Of a stretch of DNA of 64,000 bases, positions 13,852-27,900 are shown piece by piece (position 1 is the stretch's first letter; each line of letters starts with the position of its first letter). The position numbers and the translations under genes are program-made. The DNA comes from Rhynchobatus australiae. Its lineage: Eukaryota. Location of the stretch: positions 61,666,101 through 61,730,100 of the forward strand of contig JAUZTB010000002.1 in the NCBI GenBank assembly GCA_034780895.1, read 5' to 3'. The notes under the pieces are model-generated. The model saw nothing but the letters and a program-made list of their open reading frames with translations, made no database searches and was not told the DNA's origin.

Positions 13852-14633
13852 AAAAACACTATGATGCTGGAGGAACTCAGCAGGCCAGGCAGCATCCGTG
13901 GAGAAAAGCAGGCGCTCAACATTTTGGGTCAGGACCCCTCTTCAGGACGGAATATAGGAAAAGGGGAAGCCCAATATATCGGAGGGAAAAGCAGAGCAGT
14001 AATAGTTGGACAAAAGAGGGAAGGCAGGGTGTGCAGAAGGTGGTGACAGGTAGATGCGTGTAAGAGATAGTGATAGGCAGGGGAAGAGGGGAGAGCAGAT
14101 CCACCGGGGGTGGGTCAAAGGTAAGGAGGGAAAGGAAAAACAAGGGGTAGAAAAAAAAGAGAGATAGGCTAAGAAAGGGAAGAAAAGAAGAAGCATGGTT
14201 GGGGAGGTGTGGGAAAGAGGTGTGGGAATTACTCAAAGTGGGAGAATTGAACAATGAGTCCTCCCACATTAAGTAATCCCCATACCCCTTCACACTCCCC
14301 CCACCATGCATTCTTCCCTTTCCTAGCCTCTCTCTTTTTGTTTTTTTCCTTTCTCCTCTTACCTTTGACCTATCCCCCAGTGGGTCTACTCTCCCCACCT
14401 CCCCCACACCTGCCCAGCACTATCTCTTATCCTGCATCTACTTATCACCACCTTGTGCCCACCCCACCTCCCCTCTTTGGTCCACCTATCACTGCTCTGC
14501 TTTTCCCTCCGATACATTGGGTTTTCCCTTTTCCTATCTTCAGTCCTGAAGAAGGGTCCTGACCCAAAATGTTGATCAACTGCTTTTCTCCACAGATGCT
14601 GCCTGGCCTGCTGAGTTCCTCCAGCATCATAGT
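13852..14633. mobile_element. Inverted pair of Penelope-like element 3' ends (pseudo-LTRs), each with a minimal hammerhead motif
   Basis: Arm ~13858-14244 is the diverged reverse complement of 14261-14633 (actatgatgctggaggaactcagcaggccaggcagcatc / gatgctgcctggcctgctgagttcctccagcatcatagt). Spacer is ~16 bp. The right arm runs into a gap. Confidence 0.8.
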
Positions 14634-17600
14634 NNNNNNNNNNNNNNNNNNNNNNNNNNNNNNNNNNNNNNNNNNNNNNNNNNNNNNNNNNNNNNNNNNN
14701 NNNNNNNNNNNNNNNNNNNNNNNNNNNNNNNNNNNNNNNNNNNNNNNNNNNNNNNNNNNNNNNNNNNNNNNNNNNNNNNNNNNNNNNNNNNNNNNNNNNN
14801 NNNNNNNNNNNNNNNNNNNNNNNNNNNNNNNNNNNNNNNNNNNNNNNNNNNNNNNNNNNNNNNNNNNNNNNNNNNNNNNNNNNNNNNNNNNNNNNNNNNN
14901 NNNNNNNNNNNNNNNNNNNNNNNNNNNNNNNNNNNNNNNNNNNNNNNNNNNNNNNNNNNNNNNNNNNNNNNNNNNNNNNNNNNNNNNNNNNNNNNNNNNN
15001 NNNNNNNNNNNNNNNNNNNNNNNNNNNNNNNNNNNNNNNNNNNNNNNNNNNNNNCTGTCACATCTTTTTTTACAATGGTATACTGCAAGACACTTGGCCT
15101 TTCATTTTGTTTTGCTAATGATCAAGCCCATCAGATATAATTACTAATTAATGATCTGGAATTTGCTGATGTAATGTGGTTGTTCTGAACAGAACCACTG
15201 GCCATTTCCCCTCCAAAATGCCTGAAGTCCAGGACTTCCATGAATATAGTCCTAGACTTACTCATCATTAATTGGCATCTTATGTATCACTACGTCTCAC
15301 TCTGCACTCCCAATTGGTGTCCAGCAGCACAACCTTGTCTTGCTGAGATTCCCCAGATGAGGTGGGCATTACTGATTGTCAAAGCTGTTAGGTGTGATTT
15401 GAAGGAGGCTGGTGCAAGACTTCTGCACTGCAATATCTGAAGTTCTCCTGCTCTCAGAGTCCCATTGTTAGGCTCTGGGGTACTAGGGCCAACAAGATGG
15501 GCTGTGTGCATCTGGATCAGGTAAATTCAGGCGTGGGGTGACCATGGGTGGTGATTGTGGGTGGCAGGCTCATGTCAACATAACGTCAGCATAATCTGAG
15601 CCAACATTTCCATCTGAAACTCAAGATGATAGGAGAAGTAAAATGATAAGATCTTAAGTTGGCGAAATCAAAAATATTTTTCTGGAATAAACAACAAGAA
15701 TGAAAGTAAAAATAAAAAAAATGTTAGTTTTCAGCAATATATTCAAATGAATACAATTATACATAAATAATATGGTAACATTTGTAAATGAAACAAAAAC
15801 AATAATGTGGTTACAAATTTTGTTGAATATCCATATTTCATTCAAGAGTGTTTCCGTTTTAAAATAAACTGTTAAGAGTACAATGATACTGGCTTGAACT
15901 CAACATCAGTGATTTATTTTCTATGAAAAGCAGCTCAGTAACAAGATACAGATGGAAGTAACTGACTGCAATATTTACTCTGGTGGTTGATTAAGGCACA
16001 GCAAGACCTTGAGAGCAAAGTCTATAGATTAGTGCACACTCCAACAATGTTGGTTCAGCAGGTCTCAGTTACCTCTGCATTTGTTTGTGCAGAAATAAGG
16101 AACTGTGTTAAGAGGCAATGAAAAGAAATATCCAGTCAGGATAAATGACACACAAAATTTTTGGGCTGATGCAAAAATTGATTTCTGGCTACACTGAACT
16201 CTTGTCTTCATGGGATATAGAGAAACGTTTCAATTAATGATTATAAATTTTACAATGCTTCCTAGTCATGGGCTTAGAAAACTCCAAGAACCCAGGAACA
16301 TTTCTCTAATGTGATAGAGATGGACTCTTCTCTAGAAGTTTATTGCAAGTCAACATTTTTATCATGAATAGGTTATATTACTTAGTATATTGTGGATAAA
16401 GGCTTTATACAACCCTGAAGTTATTGATCATAATGTGAGCTAAATTTCATTAAGGTCTGTCCTCTTCTCTTACCTTTCCACCAGTTTATTTCAGTACCAG
16501 CCATGGCTCAGTTGCTGATACTCTTGTTTTTAAGGTTGTAGGTTCAGGACTAATTACAAAGATCAGAGGTAAGTATCCAGGCTGGCACTCCAGTCTAAAA
16601 CTGAGGGGTACAGCACTCACTGAAGCATCATTAAAGGATGAAATTCTAGCATTACAACAGTGGCTATATTTCAAGAGTAATCTGTAACCCATTTCAAGAC
16701 ATGTGGTAGTTATGAAAGGTAAAAGATTTTCTTTTTTTTTGCTAGAGGTAAGTGAGCAAATGAGATCCATCTTGCTGTATACTCATGGCTTTTCTAGAGC
16801 TTCCCAGCAGCAGAAGTCTCACTCAGCGGTACAAATGGTTTGTTCTCTCAGACTGCAGGTGATAGATTGGCTTTTGTTACATGCATTTTGTCTTGTGCTT
16901 GCTTTCTGCACTGGATTCAAGAGTCAGGTGGTCAGAGATTAACCACTGTCTCTCAACACCACCATTTAATTTTGCATGGTGACTCTAAGATAGAGGGCAC
17001 AGCAGACCAATGCAAAAATTAAAGCATTGAGACTGCCTCCTAGATAATGGACAGTGGTCATTTTGATGTCCTGGGTATGGTAATGCACCAGATGAACTGA
17101 GTTAGTGGATGGGGTGCATCTCCAGATTCACATGAGGCATTTTCAATGCAGTATTCATGCAGCCAATGGCACTCTTCCGTATAGGGAAGCTCACAGTCCT
17201 CACTAGTCCAAGTGCTTGAGCCTCCTGCTGCTTTCTGTCAAGGGAAGATGAAATAATTTCCATTTTCTGGGAGGAAACAAAGTCAATGGCCTTTCTTATT
17301 CAGTTATATCTTTTTCTCCAGCCTGTAGAGTAAAAATGATGGCTGCCTTAGCAGTGTTAGCAATATAGTTTTGATTTAGTTCTATAATTATTTTATGAGA
17401 TATTTTGGATAGAATCTCCATACTCAGCAGAATCTCCTCTTGTATTGCTCCTTACACTTAAGAGATGTGTTCGCTTAAGCCCTTTGCTAGATTGGACATC
17501 CTACTAGGGACCCTTTTCCTCTCCACTTCACCATTCATCCTCTCTTTTAGCAAGTTGCCCTTTTCTGTATGCATCTCCTCATTCTCCCATAAAAGCTGTG

Positions 17601-20600
17601 GTCCATGACTGGGAGCAATGGAGATTGGCTAAAGCTTGTAAGAGAAGATGTTCAATCCTTCTTCACAGTAGACTATAAATTGCGACAATATCTGGAGAAA
17701 CAATAGGTGGTACGTTACTCCAGCAAACACTTCGCAAAGTGATCAGCAGGCAATTGACTAGCCCTTTAAACAGTACACAGAGAAAGCAATGTTAAATGGT
17801 ACATGCTCCATACAGTTGCATCACTGAGATCCAGTTTGGCATTGCTCACATCCTGTTAGCGATCTGCCTACTTTTTATGTACTTGGTATGCGAGAGTGTT
17901 GCACGCAATAGCTTCCTTCCCAATATATTGACCACAGCTACTTACATTATAAATCTGCATGTACATCATTCACCATTTTGGAACAAAACTGGCACCTTAT
18001 ATGTCCAAATAACAGTGCTACACAGTCAAGATTTTCAGCCAATATTTCTGTTGGCTTGCCATCAGGATGTCCTATTTAAAACTTGGAAAAAAAAACATCC
18101 ACACAATAGGATTTCCAACTTACCCTGAAGTTCAACATAAATTCATTGAGTTGGTTTCAAATAAATCTGAACATCACTAAGTAATTTGTACATTACTACA
18201 ACGATGACAGCTCATGCAAAGCTATGGCTTAAATGAAAAGCAGTGCAACATAATAATTGTGAGGTTTGAGTTTCGGTATTTGATACAGAAGAGAAGTTTA
18301 GCCAGTATATAGATGGACAAAAGAAATACTGTCCCTTTAAAATAGAAGTATGTTTCCAATTTGAAATGTTCACTGAAAGCCTTTGTTTCAGGATTGACTC
18401 GAGTAACATTGTTTTGACACTTTGCCAAAGGGTTTTCTAAATGTTTTTCATTGTGTGCAAATCATAAAGATTAACAAAAGAGCTAATGCATGATAGGGTT
18501 TGCTTTCATACTACCATTTTGGCATGATGTAACAAATATCCACCACATTCATACACCCCCATGCCTCCACCCAGAATGATAATTCCTCCAACATTTTCTC
18601 TTGCCTTGGTATAAATGTTACAAGGAAATTTGTTAAGGTTTATGGGTAATTTAAGACGAACCGCATTTGGTGAGAAATGTCATTGAAAGAAATAAGGTAC
18701 ACACTCACTCCTGGAAATACTTAAATGTCCTAACCGAGGCACTATACAGTCAGTGCAGCTGTGTGCCAATGGCCAACGGGTCCTACGGTTGGATTCGGAT
18801 CAACAATAATTTGCCAAGTGGGGGGATGGTAGGAAAATCCCTGATCAGTCAGATTGCTGGACAGAGAAGATTAACACAAGAAATCCAGAAAGATCTCTCA
18901 TGCTTTTCATTCCAATGGTAAGTACATTTTCAATTGCCTATTGCTGAAATAAACAATGCTATGTGACTGTATTTCTAGGCCTCATTCCTTCAACTTAGCA
19001 CTTTGCATTATTTGCCTTCTTTTCCTTTAGATGTTTAAACTGAGCATACAATATAACAGTAATTCATTCCAATGTTAAGATGGGACATAGTGATGAGACT
19101 TTAAATGCATAGGAAATGCAAACAACTTTTTCAGCACTGTAAGTGATAGCACCATAAATTGTAGAAATATAAGTACTTCTGTGAATTAATTAGCTAAATT
19201 ACCTGGGTCAGAGTTGACTGTTGATAATTGGTTAATATCATTGATGTTGGTTAATTGGATAAATGAATAACAAAAATGTTATTCCTTTTGGCTGCTTCTG
19301 TTATAAACATCCAAGCCAGTATAGAAGGAAGTTAATTTCATATTTCTTTGGAAGTGACAAGAACCCATGCTATGCTGCTGGAAATTACGTAGGGAGGGAC
19401 TTTTTCTCATCCATTTGTATTTGCCACAAACTCATCCCACAACTTAAGGAAAGTGTTATTTGAATTATAACCAAGTGAATTTNNNNNNNNNNNNNNNNNN
19501 NNNNNNNNNNNNNNNNNNNNNNNNNNNNNNNNNNNNNNNNNNNNNNNNNNNNNNNNNNNNNNNNNNNNNNNNNNNNNNNNNNTGCCTTGATATTTGGGGT
19601 TGGGGGAAAGCAGAGGGAGGAAAAAGGGAAGAGAAAGGGAAAGAGCTGATATTGGCCGCTAATATTTTAGATGTAAAAGTTTGCTCCCTTGCCAGCAAAA
19701 GATATTTCTTGGATCAATTATCACGTGTACACAATATGTAAGGTCTACATATTGTCCTGTTGGGTTACTTATTTTTAGATGAGTATAAGGGATGAGTGGC
19801 TGGATTTTCAAAGGAGCCTGGAATCCGACTAGCTCTGCCGTAGACCTCAGCACACCAGGATGGGTGGCTGAAGATGAAATGTGCCAACTATGCTCCAAAC
19901 CCTCTTTAAGCCAAAAATAAAGGCTGGAACTTAGTATTATCTGGTTGCATTCCAATTTTCTGTCCCTCCACTGTCTGCTTTCACTCCTGCAAATTTTCAC
20001 ACTCTGATGCACAATTTTTAGGTTCCAGTTTTAAACTTAGTAGAATGAAAGGTAGGTGGGTCTTATGAATACATGATCAGATAGAATTAGCACAGACCCC
20101 ACTTTAAACAATAATCCACATCTATAAATGTCACATTGCCTTTCCTTTTATATGAAGAACATCAGTGACATCAAGAACCACATGTACAGATTTCATTCAT
20201 ATATTGACTAACTTGCATGTTACATATTCCGATGTTGTCACTTCCACCAATAAAATAATTGCCACTCCTCCTGGACCACAAACTTCAAACTGACCAACTA
20301 GAAACATAAGTGCAAATATAACTGATTGTCCAAGCTCTGGAATCACATTGCCAAGGGTTGAGGTTAATACATGGTTCACAGAGATCAATGTGAAAACCTT
20401 TGCACTAAATCACTGCAGGTGAGAGCAGGCTAAGAGCAAAATATTCCAAGTTTTGCACTTTCATCTCTGCAAACAACAGTGTCATTGTTAGCCACCTTCT
20501 TAGATATACTGCATAAATCAAGTGATTTTTACTTAGAGATTCACAGGATTTTCAAACCTTATATTCTTTTGAGTAGTGGCAAAACAAGGAACAGCATTGC

Positions 20601-20624
20601 TTCCTTTTTCAGTACAAGTGACCT

Positions 20625-20888
20625 AATGTGCTTGCTTCAACTAGGCTCAAGGGCAGTTTCTATCCCATTGTTATAAGATTATTAAATGGTTCCCTGGTGT
20701 GATAAGATGGACTCTTGACTATCTTGTTATAACCTTGCACCTTATTCTCTACCTGCACTGCACTTTCTCTGTAATGGTAACATTTTATTCTGCATTCTGT
20801 TATTGTTTACCTTGTATGAATATAATGCAAGACATGTTTTTCACTGTACCTTGGTTCATATGACAATAATAAACCAATTTACCAATTC
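20625..20888 (+). mobile_element. Short Rex1-type LINE 3' end
   Basis: aggctcaagggcagtttctatccc...ttgcactg...tgacaataataaaccaatttaccaatt tail. Reverse-complement similar to 54975-55215. Confidence 0.65.
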
Positions 20889-22055
20889 TATGAGATGATA
20901 CAAGCAACTTCAACCACAGGTCTGAAATGTCCTGTTCAGTAAGTTATGCTGATTCAACAGCCTTTGGGCTATTTTCTGAACTGACCCAAAACATTTATGA
21001 TTTTGCTAAGGAGGGGACAAGCAAGCTGACTTCTAGGCTAGCTCTCTAATAAAGAAAAACAGATGCTTCTTTGATGCAAATTGGTATTCTGTCTTTAGGT
21101 AATAGAGCTCAACAGTTTAATTTCTTACTGCAAACCCATAGTTGAAGAAATTGGTCTAGTGGGGAACAGCATCAACAGGAGGCTATGTGGCATTTCCATT
21201 AAATTTTAAAACAGAATTGAGCATTAAGCAGCAATGGATATAGATGCAAAAGGGCCAAAAATAATACATAATCGGTGAGCTTTGGGCAAAAAAAATCATA
21301 AAAAGTAAGTAAAACATTGTGACTCAGATGAAAGGTCCAAACTATAGCTATTATAATAGGAACAAAATGGTAAAAATACTACATTACATTTAAATTCAAC
21401 AGAAATCCTACTCTTCTTACATGGTTCTTGTCCTCAGTTATGTTATGACATTTCCATTTCATTTGCTGATCTAAAAAGTGGTCTGTGCCAAGTTTGCTTG
21501 ATAATGACATCAGTAGAAGCCAAGGAATNNNNNNNNNNNNNNNNNNNNNNNNNNNNNNNNNNNNNNNNNNNNNNNNNNNNNNNNNNNNNNNNNNNNNNNN
21601 NNNNNNNNNNNNNNNNNNNNNNNNNNNNGACATCAGTAGAAGCCAAGGAATTGAGTGCCTTGTTTGCTGCCTCAACTGAGGTGTTTTGTGTGGTGAGACT
21701 TGACTTGAGGGAAATCAAAATCTGATCTGTTCATATTCAATTCAGATCATTTGTCTGCTGTGCAGAGTGATTGTTACAATGCTGATTGAATATATGAGCT
21801 GGAAGCTTTTCTTGAGACCATGTGTTGCACCATCGGTTCTCTACATAGGTAACAAAATGCCTTTAGCACAACGTATTAATATTTTCATAAACTATTGGAA
21901 TAATGATGACTATATTCATTTTTTTTAAAAAAGAGCACGCAGCAGGCCAGATTGTGCACACATTTCTCAAATCTTGACTGATAATATCTTACAAGTGTAC
22001 AGTCTAAAGATGATCTACATTAGCTATGTGCAATCATCCAATTAAAACACTTCAC

Positions 22056-22216
22056 CTGTAATTCTGGTTCTTGTTTCATCATTTCAAGTATCATATGGCA
22101 GCCAATAGAATGGCCAATCAGCACGAGCTTGATATCCTTTGGCACTTTTTTCCTGAGAAAAGCTAATTTATGTGCTATTTGTCCATTCAGTCCAAAGATA
22201 TCCTCCAGCTCGATAT
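22056..22216 (-). CDS. LDAH: LDAH internal coding exon with the alpha/beta-hydrolase GxSxG motif, 161 bp, phase 1-0
   Basis: Translates (D)IELEDIFGLNGQIAHKLAFLRKKVPKDIKLVLIGHSIGCHMILEMMKQEPELQ, close to recalled human DIYGLNGQIEHKLAFL...KLVLIGHSIG. GHSIG is at 22101-22115. Polypyrimidine tract plus gcAG acceptor and CAG|GTgaag donor. Splices in frame with the 62593-62727 exon (G|AT = Asp). Confidence 0.95.
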
Positions 22217-23199
22217 CTGCAAGAAAAAAAATCACTAAAATCTAACTAAACTTGCCATGTTAAAAATACACACCAGTGACAACATTATTACATTGTACAG
22301 CTTATTATAACACAACCTCAACTTTCTCCGTATGATTTAAAAATAACAGTTGTCAATACAAACTTCATTAAAATCAGAAGCATGTAAACATAACCTGAGA
22401 TTGGCTCTGTAGCAGTTTGGAATAAGTGAAGCATAAGACTTGATTAGAAATAGATAAAAATGAAAGTTATTGAATAAATTAAGGTTCATTCTTTAAATGA
22501 CTAAATTTATTAAGACATAAGTGAAATATATTAAAACTTTAATCAGGTTACACATAAGGCTGTTCAGTAATATAAAGACTGCAAGACTGCAATGGGCAGC
22601 CCATTAAACTTCCTATTTACTACAAATGACTTACAATTCACCAGGATACAAATCTGCCCCATTCAGTTGTAGATCAGTTAATATTTATGGAAAATCTTAT
22701 CCGAGGAAATTATCTAAGTGACTGCAATAGCACAGAAATAAATTTTCATGTGATTATTTCTGAACTGGGATCATTATGATGCTAAATATCCGATAATTCT
22801 ACTGATGCAAAATTTGAATGTCAAAACTAATACTGAAGAATCAAGAATTCCCCAAGCAAGGCAAGAAATATTAATCCAAAATGAAACATAAGATTAATGA
22901 CACTTAGAAAATGCTTGATTCCTTATTAATGGCCCATTTTCCTTCCCTCACTCTGTTATTGGGAGTTATCTGTTGAGGTGTCATTCCACAAAGTCATTTT
23001 GTCTGGCTTGAAGTGGGTGAACCTTCAGCATTTTTTGCAGGTGCACTTCTGGTTAGGGAAAGAGACCATCTTGGATTCTGTGCATTGTTATGTCTTGGCC
23101 CCATAATCTTGAGTAATGGTTAATTCCTAAAGAGGTCAAAAATACAGGAAGGGGTTGGGAATCCCATGGCCAAAATTCACACAAGTTCCAAGAAATTAA

Positions 23200-23322
23200 A
23201 CTAAAAATACAGAAAATGCTGGAAATACTTAGCAGATCAGCAGCATCTGTAAAATGAGAAACAGAGTTAACATTTCAGGTCAAAGACTCAATGTCAGAAT
23301 TGGGAAAGAGAGAAAACAAGAG
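23200..23322 (-). mobile_element. Old Penelope-type terminus fragment
   Basis: aatgctggaaatacttagcagatcagcagcatctgt...aaacagagttaacatttcaggtc is the same motif family as 56690-56770 and 61595-61690. Confidence 0.6.
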
Positions 23323-23374
23323 AGATCCACTTGTCATCAACTTCCATAATATCATTGATTCTACAATAGACCCA

Positions 23375-24245
23375 AAGATGAAAGGTAGCAAATGCCACCT
23401 CTCTATTTAAGAAAGGACGAGGAGAGAAAACAGGGAGCTATAGACCAGTTAGTTTGAATCTAATTGGGAAAATGCTGGAATCTGTTATTAAGGAAATAGA
23501 AACCGACCACTTCAAAAACAATAACAGGACTAGGCAAAATGAACATGGATTTGTTTAAGAGAAAATAATGTTTGTTATTAAACAAAATAAGAGCACATGG
23601 TGTTGAGGATAATTCAGAAACATGAACTGAGGTTTGGTTAGACAGACAGAAAACAAAATAGGAATAAGCGGATTGTTTTTGGATTAGAGGTTAGGAGTGT
23701 TAATAATTTTGATGAGGGGATCAAGTGTAACATGTACAAGTTTGCTGAGAATACAAAGGAGGATGGCAGCACAGACTGCAAGGAGGATGCAGAGAAGTTT
23801 TGGAGGACAGAGACAAGTTCAGTGAATGGCTGAGGCCATGGCTGATGGAATATAATGCCAAAAAATGCACAAAAATAAGAAAGGCAGAGTATTTTTTTAA
23901 ATGATAGAGGTTGAAAAGTGTGGCCCAGATGGGCATGGCTGTTCTTATACACAAATCACTGGAAGTTATCATGCAGGTGAAGAAAGCAATTAGGAAGGCA
24001 GATGGTATTTTGGCCTTTTTTCCAACTGGATTTGAGTACAAGAGTAGGGGCATGCTGCTTCAATTATAGAGCTCCTTGACAAGCCTCATGTGGAACATTA
24101 TATACAAGTCTGAACTCTCTAGCTAAGGAAGGATATACTTATGATGGAGGTAAAGCAGTGAAGTTCTGGGATGGTGACTCTGTCATAAGAGGAGAAATTA
24201 AGCAAAATGGGCCAAAAGAATGTGGAACAGTTTAGTCTCTGAAAC
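23375..24245 (+). mobile_element. Degraded CR1-type LINE ORF2 fragments
   Basis: Remnants KVANATSLFKKG..EKTGSYRPVSL (23380-23455), KFA(DD)TK-like tacaagtttgctgagaatacaaag, and later EYKS. Confidence 0.7.
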
Positions 24246-24727
24246 AAAGTTGACGTATTAGGCAAAGAATTCTTATGCTTAAAGCTTGATGAAATGATGG
24301 CAATCAGCATGATAGCTCAACATTGGAATAGGATTTTAGAAGTGTTAGGGGTGAAGGAAGTGACAGAGGTAGGGAAGAAATGAAAATAAAGATGAGGATC
24401 TTAAAGCGGAGGTATTGGCAGGCAGCGTTGATGGGAATTTAGAAAGGAATTTGCAAAGAAAGAATGGATAAAGAATGGTTGCTATGATCTGAGGTAGATG
24501 TTTGGGTCGAATTTCCTGATTTGATGGAACGGAATGGTAGTGTTCTGAAAGTTATGACTTACCAATGTTGTTATGGCTGCAAAAGATCACAGGCTCAACT
24601 AAAATGCAAATTAGGGCTCTGCAAGTTTCACAGGGTCTTGTATGCTCTTTCAGGAGAGTTCTGGTACCTGTTTACTGTTTCAACTCACCAACTAAATGAA
24701 AAAATTGAACCTGGCCTCTCACCTGAA

Positions 24728-24938
24728 CTCACCTATCACCTGCCTGTATGTGCTCCTCCCCCTCCCCCAACCTTTTTATTCTGCCTTCTGCCCACTTCCT
24801 TTCCAGTCCTGATGAAGGGTCTCAACCCAAAACGTCGACTGTTTATTTCCCTCCATAGATACTGCCTGACCTGCTGAGTTCCTCCAGCATTTTGTGTGTG
24901 TTGCTCCATATTCCAGCATCTGCAGAATCTCTTGTGCC
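24728..24938 (+). mobile_element. Penelope-like 3' terminus/pseudo-LTR
   Basis: tcacctatcacctgcc...ccagtcctgatgaagggtctcaacccaaaacgtcgactg...ctgctgagttcctccagcattttgtgtgtgttgctc. Its start is similar to the reverse complement of 57930-57980, next to the GIY-YIG ORF. Confidence 0.8.
24804..24841 (+). ncRNA. Minimal type I hammerhead ribozyme motif, probably inactivated
   Basis: Stem I cagtc(24804-24808)/gactg(24837-24841). Core CTGATGA 24809-24815. Stem II ggg/ccc. AAAA at 24829-24832 in place of GAAA, then c-GTC cleavage triplet inside the palindromic acgt/gtcgac. Confidence 0.7.
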
Positions 24939-27900
24939 TCAAAATTGATGTGACCTTTTACCTGGTCTACTGGACAGTTAGCTGGCATGCCATAAGTCAG
25001 AAGCCCACTAAGTGAACATCCACTCTGTTATGTCAAATCCCTAGCTGTCTAGTGATTCATGTCATTTGTGGCTTTACCAGATCAGAGCAAAGAGCTCCCC
25101 CAGTGTCCTGGTCCAAACTAATCAAGGTGAGCAAAAGTTAACCCATATAGCGTAACCTAAAATATAGGAATTATAAAGTTTGATCTGAGCAAGCTACCAG
25201 GTCATGGAACACTTTTATCAATGGTCACTGCATACTTGTATAAATACAAGAATTGTTGCGTTATGTAGACAGAGCTTTTCTTCAGAGCACGTCGTACAAT
25301 TGGCATGCACGCTATATTTGTCATTTCATATGGACAGTCTTGTTTATATTTAACAACCAGGTAAAGTTACTTTCAGCAATCTTCTGCAAAACAGGGATTT
25401 TCATTGAACCATTAACCTATAAACTACACATTATTTAAGAGGAAGTAATGTACAATTGGTTCCCAAAAACAAACCAAAACTACCAGAACATTGGAATAGT
25501 CATGGGAAAATTATTTTGATAGAGTATATGCATTTAGTACCAATTATTTTCAAAAGTACAATGCAATTAACCAAATAAAAAACACTTGTAAGCAATTAAT
25601 TGATTCAGTAACTACATTAGCCATAGTCACTGAAATACAAGAATTTTTTTGTTCTCTCTAGGGAATGCAATCATTTGAACCAATGACCATCCATCAGAAT
25701 AAAGATAGTAAAACAAAGTAATCTCCTGACAAAATGCAGACCTAGGGATTGACTATTAACTGACAGCAAGTATTTAAGAGCTAAAATACAGCTTAAATTT
25801 GGCAGCACAAATCTCACAGCAGTTACTGACAACAACCATACATCCAAAACTCTCTAAATTGTTCAGTGAACAGGTTCAGCAAAGTGTATTAACAAAAATA
25901 TTTTTCTTTAGATGGAAGTAATCTGTTTGATGATAGAACTTTCTTCAGTAAGTAGATATTTAATGTTGGTCTAGATCTTAGTGATTTTTTTCTAATGTTT
26001 CTGAATGTATGACAAATTTAATTCAGAAAAAAAGTTTATTAGATGGATCCTCTGGAGCAATGTTATAAATAACTTAAACATGATTTCATCACTCAAGTTA
26101 TCCATTGCCATTCTCCTTATGTCAGCATTACAGGCAATGCGATNNNNNNNNNNNNNNNNNNNNNNNNNNNNNNNNNNNNNNNNNNNNNNNNNNNNNNNNN
26201 NNNNNNNNNNNNNNNNNNNNNNNNNNNNNNNNNNNNNNNNNNNCGATTACCACAAATTGTCTTTGAGTAACATGCATTCTTTACATGGGCATTTCCTCTA
26301 GTTCATAAGTCAGACCATTATAATTCACTTGATAGATTTTTCTGACATTACGACACTTACGATTATGGAACCAATATAATTAAATGATTAAAATAATTAA
26401 GATACAGATTAGTCTGATCTAATTGAATGGCAGATTAGGTTCATAGATCTGGATGGCATATTCCTCCATCCTAGTTTTCACGACTTCATAACATGGTAAA
26501 ACAGGTTGTTTTCACTAATGCATTAAATTCAGTCGCTCAGCATTCTCAAAAGAGAGTTCGCCTTCTTTGTGGAGAAACCTTTGAACTAAATTCACTCATT
26601 AGCAAAATGTCATCTTAGCTCTTGGAGAGGATATATTGTTAGACTTGCATTATACCTGCAGTGAGCAGTGAAAATGCTGGGTACATTCAATTTTTCAACA
26701 AAGTGAACACCTACCTCATCGTCTCTTTTCAAAAGTAAACTATATCTCCGGAGATAAAATTGAAAATTGTTCTGCATATTCTGTTTTGACTTGTTGTGTT
26801 AAACATACTGTGTTTGAAAATTCTATTCTCACCATCAGCAAATATATTCTAATACACAATTAAAATGCTGAAATTTTGCAATTAACACAGTAAGTTCTAC
26901 ATCAACTGCAGGAAAACACTTGCAGTCGAAATGTTTTGTATTTGCTGTATATTCAGCTCCCAGGAAAGTGTAAATCACGTGAGTATCCAATTGAATGAAT
27001 AAACTTGTTGTACCAGATTGAATTTAAGGCATCTTTATCGAGCAGATTACCCAGTATAAGTACTGGGGAGTTGTAGCAAACTCACACTCCATCATTGGGG
27101 GAGTCCAATATCAGGAGACAGCCTGGAAGTTCCCTGCAAAGAGGGGTCATCAGGTTTGGTTCTTCGTGATTGCCTGCGAGTCCTGAACTTCAAGACAGTT
27201 AAATGAAAGCTGTTCTGCACATTTCCAAACCAGCTTAGGCCCAAGAAATAGAGGAAAAAAGAAATAGAGCAAAGAAGTTTCCTTTTTATTGTTGATGTTA
27301 CTCATCTAGCTTCACTTGTCTCATAATTATTATTTTTACTTTTTGTAGAACTTATCTGCCCATTGACTTTGCTTATTGTGCATTCTGCATGTTGCAATTA
27401 CAACTTAAATACACATGCTCGCTCATAAGTTTGTAAGAAGTTAAAACTCCTTGGGATCCTAGCTGAGGAAACAGCTCCAAGCCCATGGCTCTATTATGTG
27501 TAAGCCGAATTCATAGCTCATAATATATTTGCCTAATTTTAGAGATAAACTATTTAATAAATAATAATCTTAAATTTATGTAATTTGCTTTATCATAAAT
27601 TTTATATTTCAAATATTTTCTACTTCAGATTCTCAATCTTTGAATCACACAGATTAATCTCTCATGCCCTTTTGTTTTACTTTCTCTGAGAGATAGCTAT
27701 AAATGGTGACCTTTCCTGATTCCTTTCAAATGACTAGAGGCACATCTGTAATGGTGCCAAGTGGCGATTTCTCAAAAAAATACAATCTACATGATCACTG
27801 TGCAAGTAGCAGACTGGAAAACTGTACACGTCTCTCCCTTGTTAATGAAATGTGAGAGGGGGAAATCGAGGAACTGCAGGTCAGCGAGCACAGCATCTGA

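Noticed and set aside
21506-21651. Direct repeat gacatcagtagaagccaaggaat around a ~100-N gap
   Set aside because: Same scaffolding artefact. Also seen at ~48998-49157.
1-22055. Next LDAH exon (expected LLFPTIERM motif)
   Set aside because: Not found in the ORF track or by eye. It probably lies beyond the window or in a gap, so it is not annotated.
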